From Rhynchobatus australiae (lineage: Eukaryota): 64,000 nucleotides of DNA. A program made the position numbers and the translations under genes. The notes under the pieces were generated by a model. That model saw only the letters and a program-made list of their open reading frames with translations, had not been told where the DNA came from and did no database searches. This document shows positions 24,533 to 37,148 of the stretch, one piece after another; position 1 is the stretch's first letter; each line of letters begins with the position of its first letter. The stretch lies in the NCBI GenBank assembly GCA_034780895.1, contig JAUZTB010000017.1, positions 23,508,972-23,572,971 of the forward strand, read 5' to 3'.

Positions 24533-24910
24533 ATAGTGATAGGCAGGTGCAGGGGAGGAGGGGAGAGCAGATCCACTGGGGGATGGGTCAAAGGTAAGGA
24601 GAGAAAGGGGAAAAAAGAGGAGAAAAAAGATAGGCTCGGAAAGGGAAGAAGAGAAGAAGCATGGTGGTGGTGGTGGGGAGGTGTTGTGGGTAAGGGGGGG
24701 GTGAGGATTTGGGGATTACTTAAAGTGGGAGAATTCAATGTTCATGCCGTTAGGTTCCAAGGTTCTAAGATGGAAAATGAGGTGCTGTTTGTCCAGTTTG
24801 TGCTTGGACTTCTCCTGGCAGTGAAGGAGGCCGAGGACTGACATATCAGTGATAGTGTGGCAGGAGGAGTTGAAATGACTGGCAATGGGGAGATGCAGAT
24901 CACGGTTACA
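24533..24910 (-). mobile_element. PLE 3' ORF/UTR fragment
   Basis: MSVLGLLHCQEKSKHKLDKQHLIFHLRTLEPNGMNIEFSHFK* on minus strand. Confidence 0.85.
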
Positions 24911-25344
24911 TATTACTTTCAGTGCACATGAAGTGGTTTCACCTTTGCTGGAGAAACCAAATACAAATTTTGGCCGTTCTGCAGGACTCCCCTGTTCTGT
25001 CCAAAGAGGTGACAGGAGTTACCCCAATTTTCCATTCCCTCCCATTCTGACATCCATGATTTGGCTTTTTACACTGTTTCAAAGAAGCCTAATATGAGCT
25101 GGTTGCATCTCATTGTGTGACCAGGCATGTTACCGTAATTAGAACTCAACATTGAATTAATCAATTTCAGATAATAAGCCTTTCCAGTTTGTGTCAGAAC
25201 TAGCCAGTTCTGATGAAAGGTCATCAACTGGTAACTATAACTTTGTTTTACTCCCTCACGTACACCGTCTGATCTGCAGTGTATTTCCAGTGATCCCTTT
25301 TATTCCAGATTTCCAGCAAAGATTGTGTCTTTATCACATAATTG

Positions 25345-25597
25345 TGTAGCGGCTAGCTACATTGAATAAAAACACGAGACACTTGTTTGGAGTCCAAGAG
25401 TCGAATGAACGACTGGGGTGCGCTGCCCCTTTAAAAAACACAGTTCCCACGCTGACGACACACACAGGTCACGTGACCTTCCCGCGCGCGGGCTCCACTA
25501 GCCCAACAAAGAAGGAGTGCCCCGCGCCATCTTGTGTCGGGACCTCCGACGACGCTCGCGATCGTGGGAGCCGGTTCGTGAAAGGTAAGTCGCCACA
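25345..25597 (-). mobile_element. Complete 253-bp LTR (copy 2), Gypsy-like
   Basis: TG...CA ends with imperfect inverted termini TGTGGCGAC/GCCGCTACA; CpG-rich, so young; flanks ATTG and GTGG. Confidence 0.85.
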
Positions 25598-26789
25598 GTG
25601 GTTTAAATAATAACCTCCTCTGTAATTTTCATGACTGGCACAATTTGCAAATTTAGGGAATACTTAGGGCAAGATATTGTGGGCTGCAGTGTGAATTAAA
25701 TGTCTGCAGCTGCATAAAGGAGTTACATTTCAAAAGTTCATTTGTATGCAGATAACAGATTCCTTCATCTGAAAACGTTAGAGACGACTGCTGCAGAACA
25801 CAGGGCCTTTTTATTATACCCACCATAGTGCTTTTGTTGATAAATGGGTTATGCAGTATCCAATGATCCATTTGAAAGTGTTTCAGAAGGTGAGACTGTG
25901 GCACGATCCTCCTTGGAATGGATAAGAGGAGGACAAAAGTGGCTTCCAAGATGTAGAGGGAGATGACCAGAGCTCTCAGTCTCAATATCCATATATAATG
26001 CTTGACCTGTCAATGCAATAAAGATTTAATGACATTATCAAGACAAGCCAGCTAAGAGAAACCAGTTACATTATTCCAAAAAGGTACCTTACCAATCACA
26101 TATGCTCCATCAAGTGAAAAGAGCTTTCCAACAGAAGTTTTCTTGGTTAATTAGCCACTGTAAATTGCCTTTAGTGTAGGTAGGTGGTAGAACTGGAATA
26201 TGGGGAGAATAGGTTACAGGGATAATTTGATGTTAATGGCGTTGCTCTGTGGGCCAAAAGGCCTCCAATGTTTAAGGAAATGTGGAAATTTGGAGCAAAA
26301 GGATTTTAATTTCAAGCCCCTATTTTCACCTGTCAGTGTTCCTTTACTTACATAATTTAACATATTCATAGTACATAGTACAGAGCTATGTGGATACATA
26401 GTGCAAAATACTCAAAAATACATAGTGCAGAGCTATGTGGATACCTGAGAGGAAAAGACGCTATTGGTAGGTGGGTAATGAACTCTGCTCCTTTTGACCA
26501 GCCTGTCACTTCTGTTGCTCTCCTCCTCCCATGCTGAAAATCCCAGAGCCACAAAGCATTTCCAAGAGGAAAGCTATTGGCCTAAAATTACTGTGTGCCC
26601 TAATGAATGCTCCAGATGGTCATAGCAACGTGCACTATTGACCATTCCAGTCATGGGCCATTTATTGTAGACTTCAGTGGTTGTCGAGGGCCAAAGCTAC
26701 AGGGACTATTTAATGGATGAAGTATCTTTCATGGACTAAAATGTGCCACCCAGAAATGAGACCAGGAGTGAAGAGAGGGTGAGGCTGGT

Positions 26790-27270
26790 GATCAGATAAG
26801 TGAATGAAATGAAGGCCATGATGGACAGGAGAAGCGTGTTCATCAGGTAGATGGCTAAGGAGGGGTATTTTGGAGCTGTAATCAAGAAAATGAGATGCTG
26901 GATGGTAACTGGGTGTCTAAGGGGGTTGTTCAGTTGAGACAGGAGATTGATGGGTGGAGGATAGAATTTGGTACCTTAGCTGATCAGACCGTTTATGGAG
27001 AAATTTGTGAGGTAGGAGAGGATTGGAACCTTCTCAAGGGATCAGAGAGTTAGTGGCAGGTCGGTGTAGGAGCACGAGTCACAGGTCTGGATCAATTGGG
27101 ATGGTGGGATGATCCATTGGGGAAGGAGAGGCAGATGCAGTTGGTACCACTTGGAGGAAAGCCTGAGGTATAAAAGATAAGTGGAGTTCCAATGCAGTGA
27201 AGACATAGTTATCTCAGGATTGCTAATGATGATGGCCCTGGGATAACTCAGCTGCATTGCCAGGGCAAAG
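26790..27270 (-). mobile_element. Old LINE (L2-like) internal fragment
   Basis: Purine-rich degenerate antisense coding texture; weak motif similarity only. Confidence 0.4.
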
Positions 27271-27865
27271 ATCTAAATTGACACACAATTGATGCATAAA
27301 CTGTATCATTTATGAAAGCGCATTGTACGTAGGGAAGTGCCAAGTGACCAGAAGCAACTTGAAAATGGTCACAACATTTCACTCAACAACAAGTACTTTT
27401 TTTATGCTACACTTAAAAAAAAACAGTGATTGCCATTTAATTTCTAGATAATTGTGTTGTTTATACAGCTGGGTGAGGGAACAATAACTGATAGCTCATT
27501 GGTAAATTGGACTGGGCTAGGCTGCCAGTAGGAATTATGTCAGCACCAAAAGAAAAGTTAACAATGTTGCTTGGGAGGATCTTTGAACATTAGAACATAA
27601 GAAACACAACTGGGCGGAGGCCAGTCAGCTGCATGTGCCTCTTGGCCATTTAGTAAAATCATAGCTACTCTCTTTTACCAGCCCCATATCCTTTAATATC
27701 CTAAAATCTAAAAATCTATTAATCTCTAAATCTTTGAAAAAGTACACCAAAGGCTCTTTTTTAATTCACTGTCACTTTTTTCTGTAGTGATTAACTGGTT
27801 AAAATTATGCCTGCAAATTATAAACGTGATATTTATTGTGATTAATTGGTCTGCTGTTATAAGAC

Positions 27866-28135
27866 TACTGAATGGTCACCTTGTATGATAAAATGGACTC
27901 GACCTCATAATGTACTTCGTCGTGGCTTTGCACCTTATTGTCGGCCTGCACTGAACTTACTCTGTAACTGAGACACTTTATTCTGAATTCTGTTATCCCT
28001 TCTACTACCTCAATGAACTGATGTGATGAATGATCTGTATGGATGGCATGTAAACAAAGTTTCTCACTGTACCTCAGTACATGTGACAATAGTAAACCAA
28101 TTTACCAACCTACCTTACCAATTCACCAATTTACC
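27866..28135 (+). mobile_element. Rex1/Babar-like 3' UTR with tandem (ACCAATT) tail
   Basis: TCACTGTACCTCAGTACATGTGACAATAGTAAACCAATTTACC.. terminal motif. Confidence 0.65.
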
Positions 28136-29086
28136 TGCTGGAAATAACAATGAAGAGTGAGATGACATCAGAAATTGACAGGATCAGGTCCAACTGATCC
28201 CAATTGAAATTACTGCCTCCATTTGTGCAATGCAGCATGGGAAATTCATCCTGAAGAATTTTGCGTGCTAGTCTTTGGGAATACCATTCATTAGCTCTTC
28301 ACAAACAAAGCCATTGTTTAACTAGTAATTTATCGATAGTTGCTGTTATCACTAATTTGCCTGCCAAAAGTCTGCTGACAAAATGAGTCTGCTTTGCAGT
28401 TCTTGGGGAGTGTGGCTTTGTCATTATGGGGACAGGTATGCAAAAACGTAAAAAGATATTCAAATTAGCTTTGTAGCATGTTCTTGGCTAAAGCTGGAAA
28501 TATGAGTTTTACATTTGTAATTTTCCACTTAGGAATATTACACTCTTGTATATATTTAGGGCAAGTTCAGTGACCTCTGCTTCCCAGGCAGAGCCATATT
28601 TGCTGTCTACATGGACAGAAGAAGTAAGTGTGAATGTCGGAGGACCTGACAATTGGAAAACAGAGCGTGCTACAAGTTTTGACTGCTGTTTCTTTGTTTG
28701 ACTCATTAACCCAACCTGCTGCTGTGCAAAATTTGCACTGGGATTTTAGCCTAACTCAGTATATTGTCATTTGATAAAAATCTCTGCTATGAGAGGGATT
28801 GAAAATGTTATTTATGATTGAGGTGTTTTGTTTTTAGTTTTTATGTCTGGTTCAGTTTAGGATGGGGTTTTAATCATTCTTATAAGTAGCAACATCAGGT
28901 ATTTTCAGTTGTCAAGAAATGTATCAATGTTCTATCTCTATAAGGTGCAACTAAAAGAAAATAAGTGGTAATGACAATGATAGGTTTGTTCAGGCTTTCT
29001 TTTAATTATTTCAGTGCAAAAAGCTTATTTTTTCTTCATGTAATCACAAATTCCTTTTGTTTATCTCCCCACTTTTATTCTTGCAG

Positions 29087-29142
29087 CCCTTTTCATCACA
29101 GTCAAGCCACTGGCCAGCACATCTCACAAACAAATAGGACTG
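29087..29142 (+). other. Candidate internal exon (probably UTR)
   Basis: Long polypyrimidine acceptor TTCCTTTTGTTTATCTCCCCACTTTTATTCTTGCAG; donor CTG|GTTAAT is weak, so the 3' end is uncertain. Confidence 0.3.
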
Positions 29143-29928
29143 GTTAATGATAAAAGGCATGTTTACAGTAAAATGAATGAAAATATAAATTCAGCATGGC
29201 TAGTATTTATTGTTGGCAGAGAGAGAAAATGGGGAAGTATTTTGCAGGTAGACCTTCTTGGCTGAGTTTTATTTTCAGTATTTATCAGTTAAAAACCAAA
29301 AAAAATTCAAGTCCTGCATGTACTAAATAAATACCACTATGTGTCAAACATTTATCAGAATGGTGTATGAAAATTAGTCAATGTTTCCAAGCTGACCAAT
29401 CAATATTTATCCTTCAGCTACTGAAAGTTTAAAAACTGAATCACTACACACTCTACCTGTTTGCAAATGCTAACTGTAACCATGGAAACGTCCTTGGAAT
29501 GCTTTCCCCTAAGTATTCTGGAATGTCACTGTAAATTGACTGATCTCCCACAAACATTGCCTAAATAGGCTTGACTTAACGTTATATCCCAATAACTTGC
29601 TTACTATGTGCAATGTGTTTCCTTCCATCATCAGATAGGAATTCATGACTTCAGACGTGATGCAATAATTGCCCAGGGACATTCTGCAGTCTGCACTAGG
29701 CAATAAAGTTGACCAGACTCAGTCAACACCGTATTTTGTAATACATTGCATAGAGACTTCACACATATATCCTACAAAATAGCATACTTTATGAAGTTGT
29801 TGAATGCAATTTTGTTCCATTTTTGAAAGTGCTTAAAATCACATCTGGCTGTGTATAATCCCTTTATTATGGGAATAAATGTCTGCATGTCAAAAGCAGA
29901 GAAAAGGTAATTGAGTGAAAAGGTAATT

Positions 29929-30141
29929 GAGACACAAGAGACTGCAGATGCTGGAACCTGGAGCAACAAGCAATCTGCTGGAGGGACTCAGCGGGTCGAG
30001 CAGCATCTGTGGGGGAAGAGGAATTGTCGATATTTCGGATCAAAATACCCTGATGCAGGGTTTTGACCTAAATCCTCAACAATTCATTTCCCCACTACAG
30101 ATGCTGCTTGAACCGCTGAGTTCGTCCAGCAGATTGTTTGT
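29929..30141. mobile_element. PLE-derived fold-back mini-element
   Basis: Arms CAATCTGCTGGAGGGACTCAGCGGGTCGAGCAGCATCTGT and ACAGATGCTGCTTGAACCGCTGAGTTCGTCCAGCAGATTG; axis at CCCTGATGCAGGG. Confidence 0.85.
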
Positions 30142-30671
30142 AATTTAGTGAGTGTCAGGCACAATGATAGACAAACTAAAATCGCTTGCATTAAAAATGG
30201 GTTTTATATTTACCTTTTTTTTTCCTTGTTCAATTGATTTTGTGTCCATTTCTCCCCTTTTGAAAACATTGCTGTTCCATCCTTCTTTCTTTGTGTACTT
30301 TGGCTATTCTGTCGTTTTCAGAACATCAGCATGTAAAACTTTGGAAAAGGGACTTTCAAGTCCATTGGCAGGGAGGGTTCTATCTGACTATTAAATGGGA
30401 AAAGCTTTCACATCTCAATAAAGACGTTATGGTAACAATACCAAAAATTTCTTTGAATTTTCCTGGGAATACCATCCCCTGATCATAATGTAATAGATTT
30501 TCAGCCTCAAGCCAATTTTTATCCACTATGTAAATCCCCTCAAAATTTTATTGCTTTGCCACAATGTGATTATTCAAAAATGTAAATATGATAATGAAAT
30601 GAACCACCAGAAGGATATTGATTTTACAGTTCAGATGAACACAACTTTTCACCTAAATCAACATTCACGAT

Positions 30672-31238
30672 TATACCATAGATACCCTCTGCCACTTTGA
30701 CTGTCTCCAATTCCCTGGTCCCCTCCCAACAGGCTCACCTTTACCATGAATGTACAATCCCTTTACACCTCCATCTCCTATCAGGATGGTCTGGGGGCCT
30801 TTGGCTTCTTCCCAATATCGAATTCTACAATTTCCAATAACTTGAATTCTGTCTGTATCAGTTGTCCATTGGCTCAGCTTGTTTGTTGTTTTTTTTCCTC
30901 CTTTTTTATACTCTGGGAGTGGAAGACGTGCCCAACCTGACCTGCTGGGCATGTCTTCTTGCTCTGCATTTCACAAGTCCTACATTCTTTTGTCTATATT
31001 CTCACTCTTGAACTGCTCCCATTGACTCATTGACCAGCTCACCTTGTTTACAGCTTATCTCCATGGTCACCCCTGGTTTTACTCCCTCCCACATCCTTCC
31101 TACAGCTAAACAAGCTCCTTTCCTCTCCTACCCAGTTCTGACGAAGGATCTTTGACCTGAAATGTTGGCTCTGTTTCTCTTCCCGCAGATGTGGCCTGAC
31201 CTGCTGAGTATCTCCAGCATTTTCTGTTTTTATTTCAC
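30672..31238 (+). mobile_element. Internally deleted PLE: RT motif remnant plus terminal repeat with hammerhead-like motif (31133-31170)
   Basis: FTMNVQSLYTSISYQDGLGAFGFF resembles PLE RT TMDVxSLYTSIPH; CAGTTCTGACGAAGGATCTTTGACCTGAAATGTT. Confidence 0.75.
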
Positions 31239-32364
31239 ATTGGCTTTACATTCTGAAATAATGTCAAATTGTGAGAACATCCCCGTATAGTTTTACAGCA
31301 GTGTCAGATTGAACCCATCCATGTGTGCAGAGAGGATGTGTGGGGTGAAGGTCAGGGACCCTCCTTGTCAGACCATCCTTGGGTACTGCAGGCTGACCAT
31401 TAGCAAGTCAGTGTGATCAAGTGGCCTACCCTACTGCTTGCCCATTTTCTGATGCTATGTTCTTGCCCACGTATCCCTAAAGAGGGAACATGCAGTGTTC
31501 ACTTGAAGCCTCTGATGATTAGTGGGCTCCAAAGAGACTAGAATCCTTCCTAGAGACATCCAGAACAATGTCTTACTCTATTTTTACTTTATTCACTTGT
31601 GAAATAATTGTGTGTTGAAAAAACTACAAACTCAAAAGCCCTCCAAAATACAGTCCCGATCAAGCATTCAAAAAGCCCTCCAAATCTACTTGTCAATTTA
31701 TAATTAGAGCATAAATATACACTTACCATATTATCCTGGGACATAATGGTGCAAGGACTTGTTCTAATTCAAATTTGTGCTTGTACCCTTTTAATTGGAT
31801 TTTAATTAGGCAATTCACCTTTAAGCAAAGAAGTAATCTTTTTGACCTTTATTTAATAATTTATAGTTCACCAAGATTTTGTATATAAAGGACAAGTCAG
31901 GATAGATTCACAAGCAGAAGAGAGTAGAAGAGTTGAAATGTTGCTTGAACTCTCTCAGGACTTTTCATCTGGATTTTACAGATCACAGCTATTTTCACAC
32001 TCGTGTTAACCCATTGAAGTGAAATGGTTAACCTGGCATTAAAATAATGCCAATTGGAGGCCTCGCCTATCCTGTTAATGTACAGGTTATGTAAAGAGTC
32101 CAACTACACATTCCTCACATTAGAAGTTAGAAGCTGATGACAGAGCAGCCCTTTCTCATCACATCCGCTGGTTTGTTTACATGGCTTTGGGCTGCCCTCG
32201 CAATGGACTTCCCCTGCAGCTGGCAAAGCAGACTTGTGATATTCTGTCAGTTGAATGCTAAGACTTTGTTTGACGTGGAAAGTAAAATAACAACAATCTG
32301 GAAAAGAGGTGCATGTCCACATGCAGATTTTTTAATTCAGTTAGATCAAATCTGTAACTAATTA

Positions 32365-32770
32365 GACTATAAGATATGGGAGCAGAATTAGGCTATCCGG
32401 CCCATTGAGTTTGCTCTGCCATTTGATCATGGCTAATTTTCTTTTTAACCCCATTCTCCCGCCTTCTCCCTGCAACCCTTAACCCCCTTACCAATCAAGA
32501 ACCTGTCAATCTCTGCCTTAAATACACCCAATGACATGGCCTCCACAGCCTTCTGTGGCAATGAATTCTACAGATTCACCATCCTTGGTTGAAGAAATTC
32601 CTCCTCATTTCAGTTTTAAAGGGATGTCCCTTTATTTTGAGGTTGTGCCTTCAGATCCTAGACTCTCCTACTTAAGGAAACATCCTCCCCATGAGCACTC
32701 TACCCAGGCCTGTCAGTATCCAGTAGGTTTCACTGAGATGCCCCCTCATCCTTCTGAACTTCAAGTACAG
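32365..32770 (-). mobile_element. CR1/HER1 3' fragment
   Basis: TAAGATATGGGAGCAGAATTAGGC..GGCAATGAATTCTACAGATTCACC..GAAGAAATTCCTCCTCAT. Confidence 0.85.
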
Positions 32771-32947
32771 ATTCAAGAAAGATCAGCATCAAACTGTTGA
32801 CTTCCTTCTCAAAAAGGAAAGGTCAAGATGTTTCAAAGGATGTAAAGAAACTGGACTGGAGTCTGGTAACAATAATTGCATGTCCTTGATTCAGTTAGTT
32901 TGTGTCTTACATACATGGTTGATGGAAGTTATATAGAAACAGATAAT

Positions 32948-33131
32948 AGAGAAACAAAGGACTGCAGATGCTGCAGTCTAGATGAAAAAAACAACAAGAT
33001 GCTGGAGGAACTCAGCAGGCCAGTCATTACCACTGTAGAAGGGTCCTGACCTGAAACGTTGACCATCTGTTTTGCTCCATGGATGCTGCCTGGCCTGCTG
33101 AGTTCCTCCAGCATTTTGTTGTTTTCTCATT
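32948..33131. mobile_element. PLE-derived fold-back mini-element with 14-bp TSD
   Basis: TSD TAGAAACAGAT(A/G)AT at 32934-32947 and 33132-33145; arms ATGCTGGAGGAACTCAGCAGGCCAG and CTGGCCTGCTGAGTTCCTCCAGCAT. Confidence 0.85.
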
Positions 33132-33134
33132 TAG

Positions 33135-34335
33135 AAACAGATGATGCTTGAAATATCCAGCAGGTTATGCAGCATCTGCAGAGGGAGAAACAAAGTCAAT
33201 GCTTCAGGTCCATGACCTTTTACCAGAACTGGGGAAACTTAGAAATCAAACAAGTATTTTAGTTTTCTGAAAATGGGGAGGGGTGATGACAATAAAGGCA
33301 ATGTCTCTGATAGTGAAGAGACCAGGAGACACTGAATAACATGAATGATGTTGGTGCAGGCTGAGAGAAGGTGGTGAAGACTGGTAGTTGTAGCTGATCT
33401 GTCCAGGAGGAAATGCAAATAGGAGATGAATGAGAACAGAGGAGAAGAGAAAAAAAATGATAAAATAAAGAACAGAAAGAAACACACTAGAGAAGCAAAA
33501 CAAATAATCAAATTCTCACCAGGGTAGTCAGTACCTGTGGAGATAGAAACAGATTTAACATTTCAAATTGATGATCTTGCATCAGAACTCACCAGGTCTG
33601 GCACAGATTAGAAAGGCTGGCTATCAGGAATTGTTGAATTCATTGTTACGTCTTGAATGCTGCAATGTGACATTTTGGGAAATGTTGTTTCTCAAGATTA
33701 CATCAGTATTCATTGGAACAGCACTAAAGGCCAAAGATGGAGAGGTCAGAGTTGTAGCGGCAGAATCCTGAGCTTCCAATTGTCTTCCTCCTCAACAGGA
33801 AACTGAGGATCATTGCAGACAAAATGAAGATTTTTTGCAAGTATTAACCCAATTTGTGTTTGGTTCTACACAGTGAGCACTGAATGCGATCCACTACATT
33901 GAAATAGGGACAGGTAATCTGCTCCTTCGCCTGGAAAGAGTATTTGACTGCATGGATGGTAGAAAGTGGTAAAATGAAAAATACTGCACCTGCTGCAGTT
34001 ACATGGTGGTTGTGGCAGGAATGGTCGCTTTGAAATGCAGAAGAGGAGAAGAAAAGAACATGTGTCTAGTGGTGTTACTGTTTTGAAGGTGGTGGAAGTT
34101 ACAGAATTCAACAAACTCTTGAATGTGGAGACTGGTAGGGTGCAAGATAGGGTCAAGGGGAATCCTATCCTTGTGCTGGGTGGAAGGTGAGGGAATGAGG
34201 AAAATGGAACTGACGTGGCTGAATACCCGGTGGAAGATATCATCATCTGAACACATACGACAAATCTGGAAGCACCAAGGGAATGGAGTAGAGTCTTGAC
34301 AAGTTGTAGGTAGTAAGAGGTGTATACTAATCAGC
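33135..34335 (-). mobile_element. Old degraded PLE (RT C-terminus to terminal repeats)
   Basis: CSDDDIFHRVFSHVSSIF..KDRIPLDPILHPTSLHIQ..NFHHLQNSNTTRHMF on minus strand. Confidence 0.7.
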
Positions 34336-36895
34336 TGGTATAATTGGTTCCATTTCTAAAGCTTCCAGAGACATTCCAAGATGCATTGCTCTCCAATGGC
34401 AGAGCCAGGTAATTGAAGCTCTCCCATGTCACTCTCTATGAGTGTATATCTGCACAGTCACAGGGCAAAAACAAATACTAACACAAAATGAGCATTCCAG
34501 GCCAAATTTACAAATCAAATCATGCTATATGCCATATAAATCAATGCTGCACATTTGCTTAGTGCCTGTCTTCGGTGTGTCGTGCACCTTCCCAGATCTA
34601 CCCTAATGGCTGCAACATGACTGGTGAAACGCGTGAGGGAAGCAGGAATGACAACACACTAGATGGGTAGCTGACTGCTAGTAGGAACAGCCCAGGTGAG
34701 ATGGCAGTTTGGGATGGGGGATGAGTAGCATCATTCTGTGATGGGATGGCAGATTGGTGTTCCAGTGAGCTACTGCCAACTCCCCCAGGATTTAACCCTG
34801 CAGGACTTCTGTGACACCATGCTAACTTTCTGGACACAACTCTGGAGGACTCCAGGCCCCTGTGGATATGGGACCTTCTCTCTGCTCTGCTGTGCAAAAC
34901 TTTAACGTTTCTTCAGTTTAACTTCTTGAGCAACTAGCAGCAGCTGGAATGCCTCCCATTTAAGAAATGCAGGCAAATATTAAGCTATGCTGGCTAGTTT
35001 TAATTGTGGCAAATTACGATATTGAACAACCTTACAACCTTTAACCCATCTCCCACTCCACTAGGTGTGCAGTGAGTCAGTAGCTTAGTTAGCATTGCTG
35101 CAGACAAAAACTATTCCAATCAGCAGGTAGTGTGAACTTGACATGCTGCCTGCACTGTAATCCTCTTATGTCAGTGTGTTGTGATTCTTAGCCGTTTTAT
35201 GGGGGATATTCAAAATAGTTACATGGTGTCTAAACCAGGAAGTGTGTTAAATTGCAACTCTCTGTAAATCATGTACAGAAATCAAGGAAGGAAGGATAGT
35301 GAAACTAAAAGAGAGAACGAAAATATTTTTTATTCTTTTAAAATCTATTACAGTAATTAGTATCAGATGGAAAGAGACTCCAAGTACAGCAAAGCTCATT
35401 TCCATTGCCAATGAGTTTGTTAGGCAGTCATCATGACTAATCAAACCATTGAAAATTCATGCATACTTGAATAGACAAGCTCCAACTTTTTCCCTGCTGT
35501 GTTTAACATGATATCTACTGCGTAGGTTTTGCAGCTTCACACCCTCCATGTCTTTCAGTGCCAAATTTTTTGATGAGAACCTGCTGGAGCAGAACTTGTG
35601 GAGTGAAAATATTACAACTACTTCCCAATTGCTGCTTTAAATTGTCATACAATTTACTCAATGATAGTGGCAATTGATGGCAATTACTTGATTCTTCAAG
35701 TAAAATACAGTTCATTGTCTTTCCCAGATAATAGTTGTCTCTCGTTTTGATGAGAATAATACTTTGAAAAGGGGTGCAATTTCTTGTTAGTGGAGCTCCA
35801 ATGATCATTTACTCCATTCCACTGATGTTACCTCATTAAAAGATTAAAGACTTTCCTTAAATACTCTCTCAGTTATAGGGGTAAGAACTCCTTTAAAAAG
35901 TATAACACGAAAAGGAAGCTTTGGCCTTTCTAATTACCTGAGTTATTATAATTTATATAAGACATGAGGATATGAGTGAATGGGTAGAAATGACGTATGG
36001 GATAACAAGATATTGGGATTGGGAATTTCCACCTTTGGAATTCTGCTGTGTTAAAAGTAATTTTTTGCTTTGAGTAATTGGTTAGTGCACAATTCATATT
36101 TGATTGTACGTTAACTGTCGCTTGAGCACAGCTTAATCATCCCATTTCTGGCTTTAAAAATGTTTTCTGTGCTGAATTTACTCATTAAGGTGAAGAATTT
36201 GTGGTCATTATCCCCAATCTCACTGATGTGTAGCTCCAACTAAATGCTTTAAAAAATTATAAATGATTACTGTTCTAAATATAGTGTCGCTATTTTGCTA
36301 AATTGCGCTACTAATAGTTCTCCCTTGCTCCAATAGTCTTCTACAGATAACACAATTAATATACTAATCCTTGATTAATTCAAGAATGCAATTAGTGCCC
36401 TTTTATTCTGGAATACAAACAATATGCATAATTTCCCAGTGATTGTGTTCTAATTTGCATATCATGGTTCAGATGCTGATCAGTTTCAGTTTTAGAAGAA
36501 TGGATATGTCCTCACGTAATAGCTCAGAAACTAGGTGGCAGGGAGGACAGTTGGGGAACAGGGGCTGGGCAGGGAGACAAGGAAGGCGAGAAGAACATGC
36601 ACACAAATCTCTTAAATTAAAACCTGAGATGACCTGGGGGTCAATTTGAGCAAAATTCAATATTCTCTTGACTGATAACAACACTGTGGAAACAGAATGA
36701 AAATATTATTGATGTGTTTTTATACAGGAAAAGTGATCACCATGGTAAACCGTCTCTGAAGGAGTAATCTGCTATTCTTGTCATTTTTTTCATGCAACTC
36801 CAGCTTTTAATGTGTTTTAAATTGTTGAAACCATTTCTAACTAGATATTACATCCAAGTGCAAGGTTTGTGTGAGAGTAGAAAGAAACATGGCAT

Positions 36896-37148
36896 TGTGG
36901 CGACTTACCTTTCACGAACCAGCTCCCACGATCGCGAGTGTCGTTGGAGGCCCCGACACAAGATGGCGCGGGGCACTCCTTCTTTGTTGGGCTAGTGGAG
37001 CCCGCGCGCGGGAAGGTCATGTGNNNNNNNNNNNNNNNNNNNNNNNNNNNNNNNNNNNNNNNNNNNNNNNNNNNNNNNNNNNNNNNNNNNNNNNNNNNNN
37101 NNNNNNNNNNNNNNNNNNNNNNNTTATTCAGTGTAGCTAGCCGCTACA
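36896..37148 (+). mobile_element. LTR (copy 3) with 4-bp TSD GCAT; probable solo LTR, centre in a gap
   Basis: GCAT-TGTGGCGAC...GCCGCTACA-GCAT; reverse complement of 25345-25597; the 100-N gap equals the missing length. Confidence 0.9.

Noticed and set aside
36728-36744. Possible 17-nt micro-exon (TACAG|GAAAAGTGATCACCATG|GTAAAC)
   Set aside because: Splice signals of this strength occur by chance; no independent support
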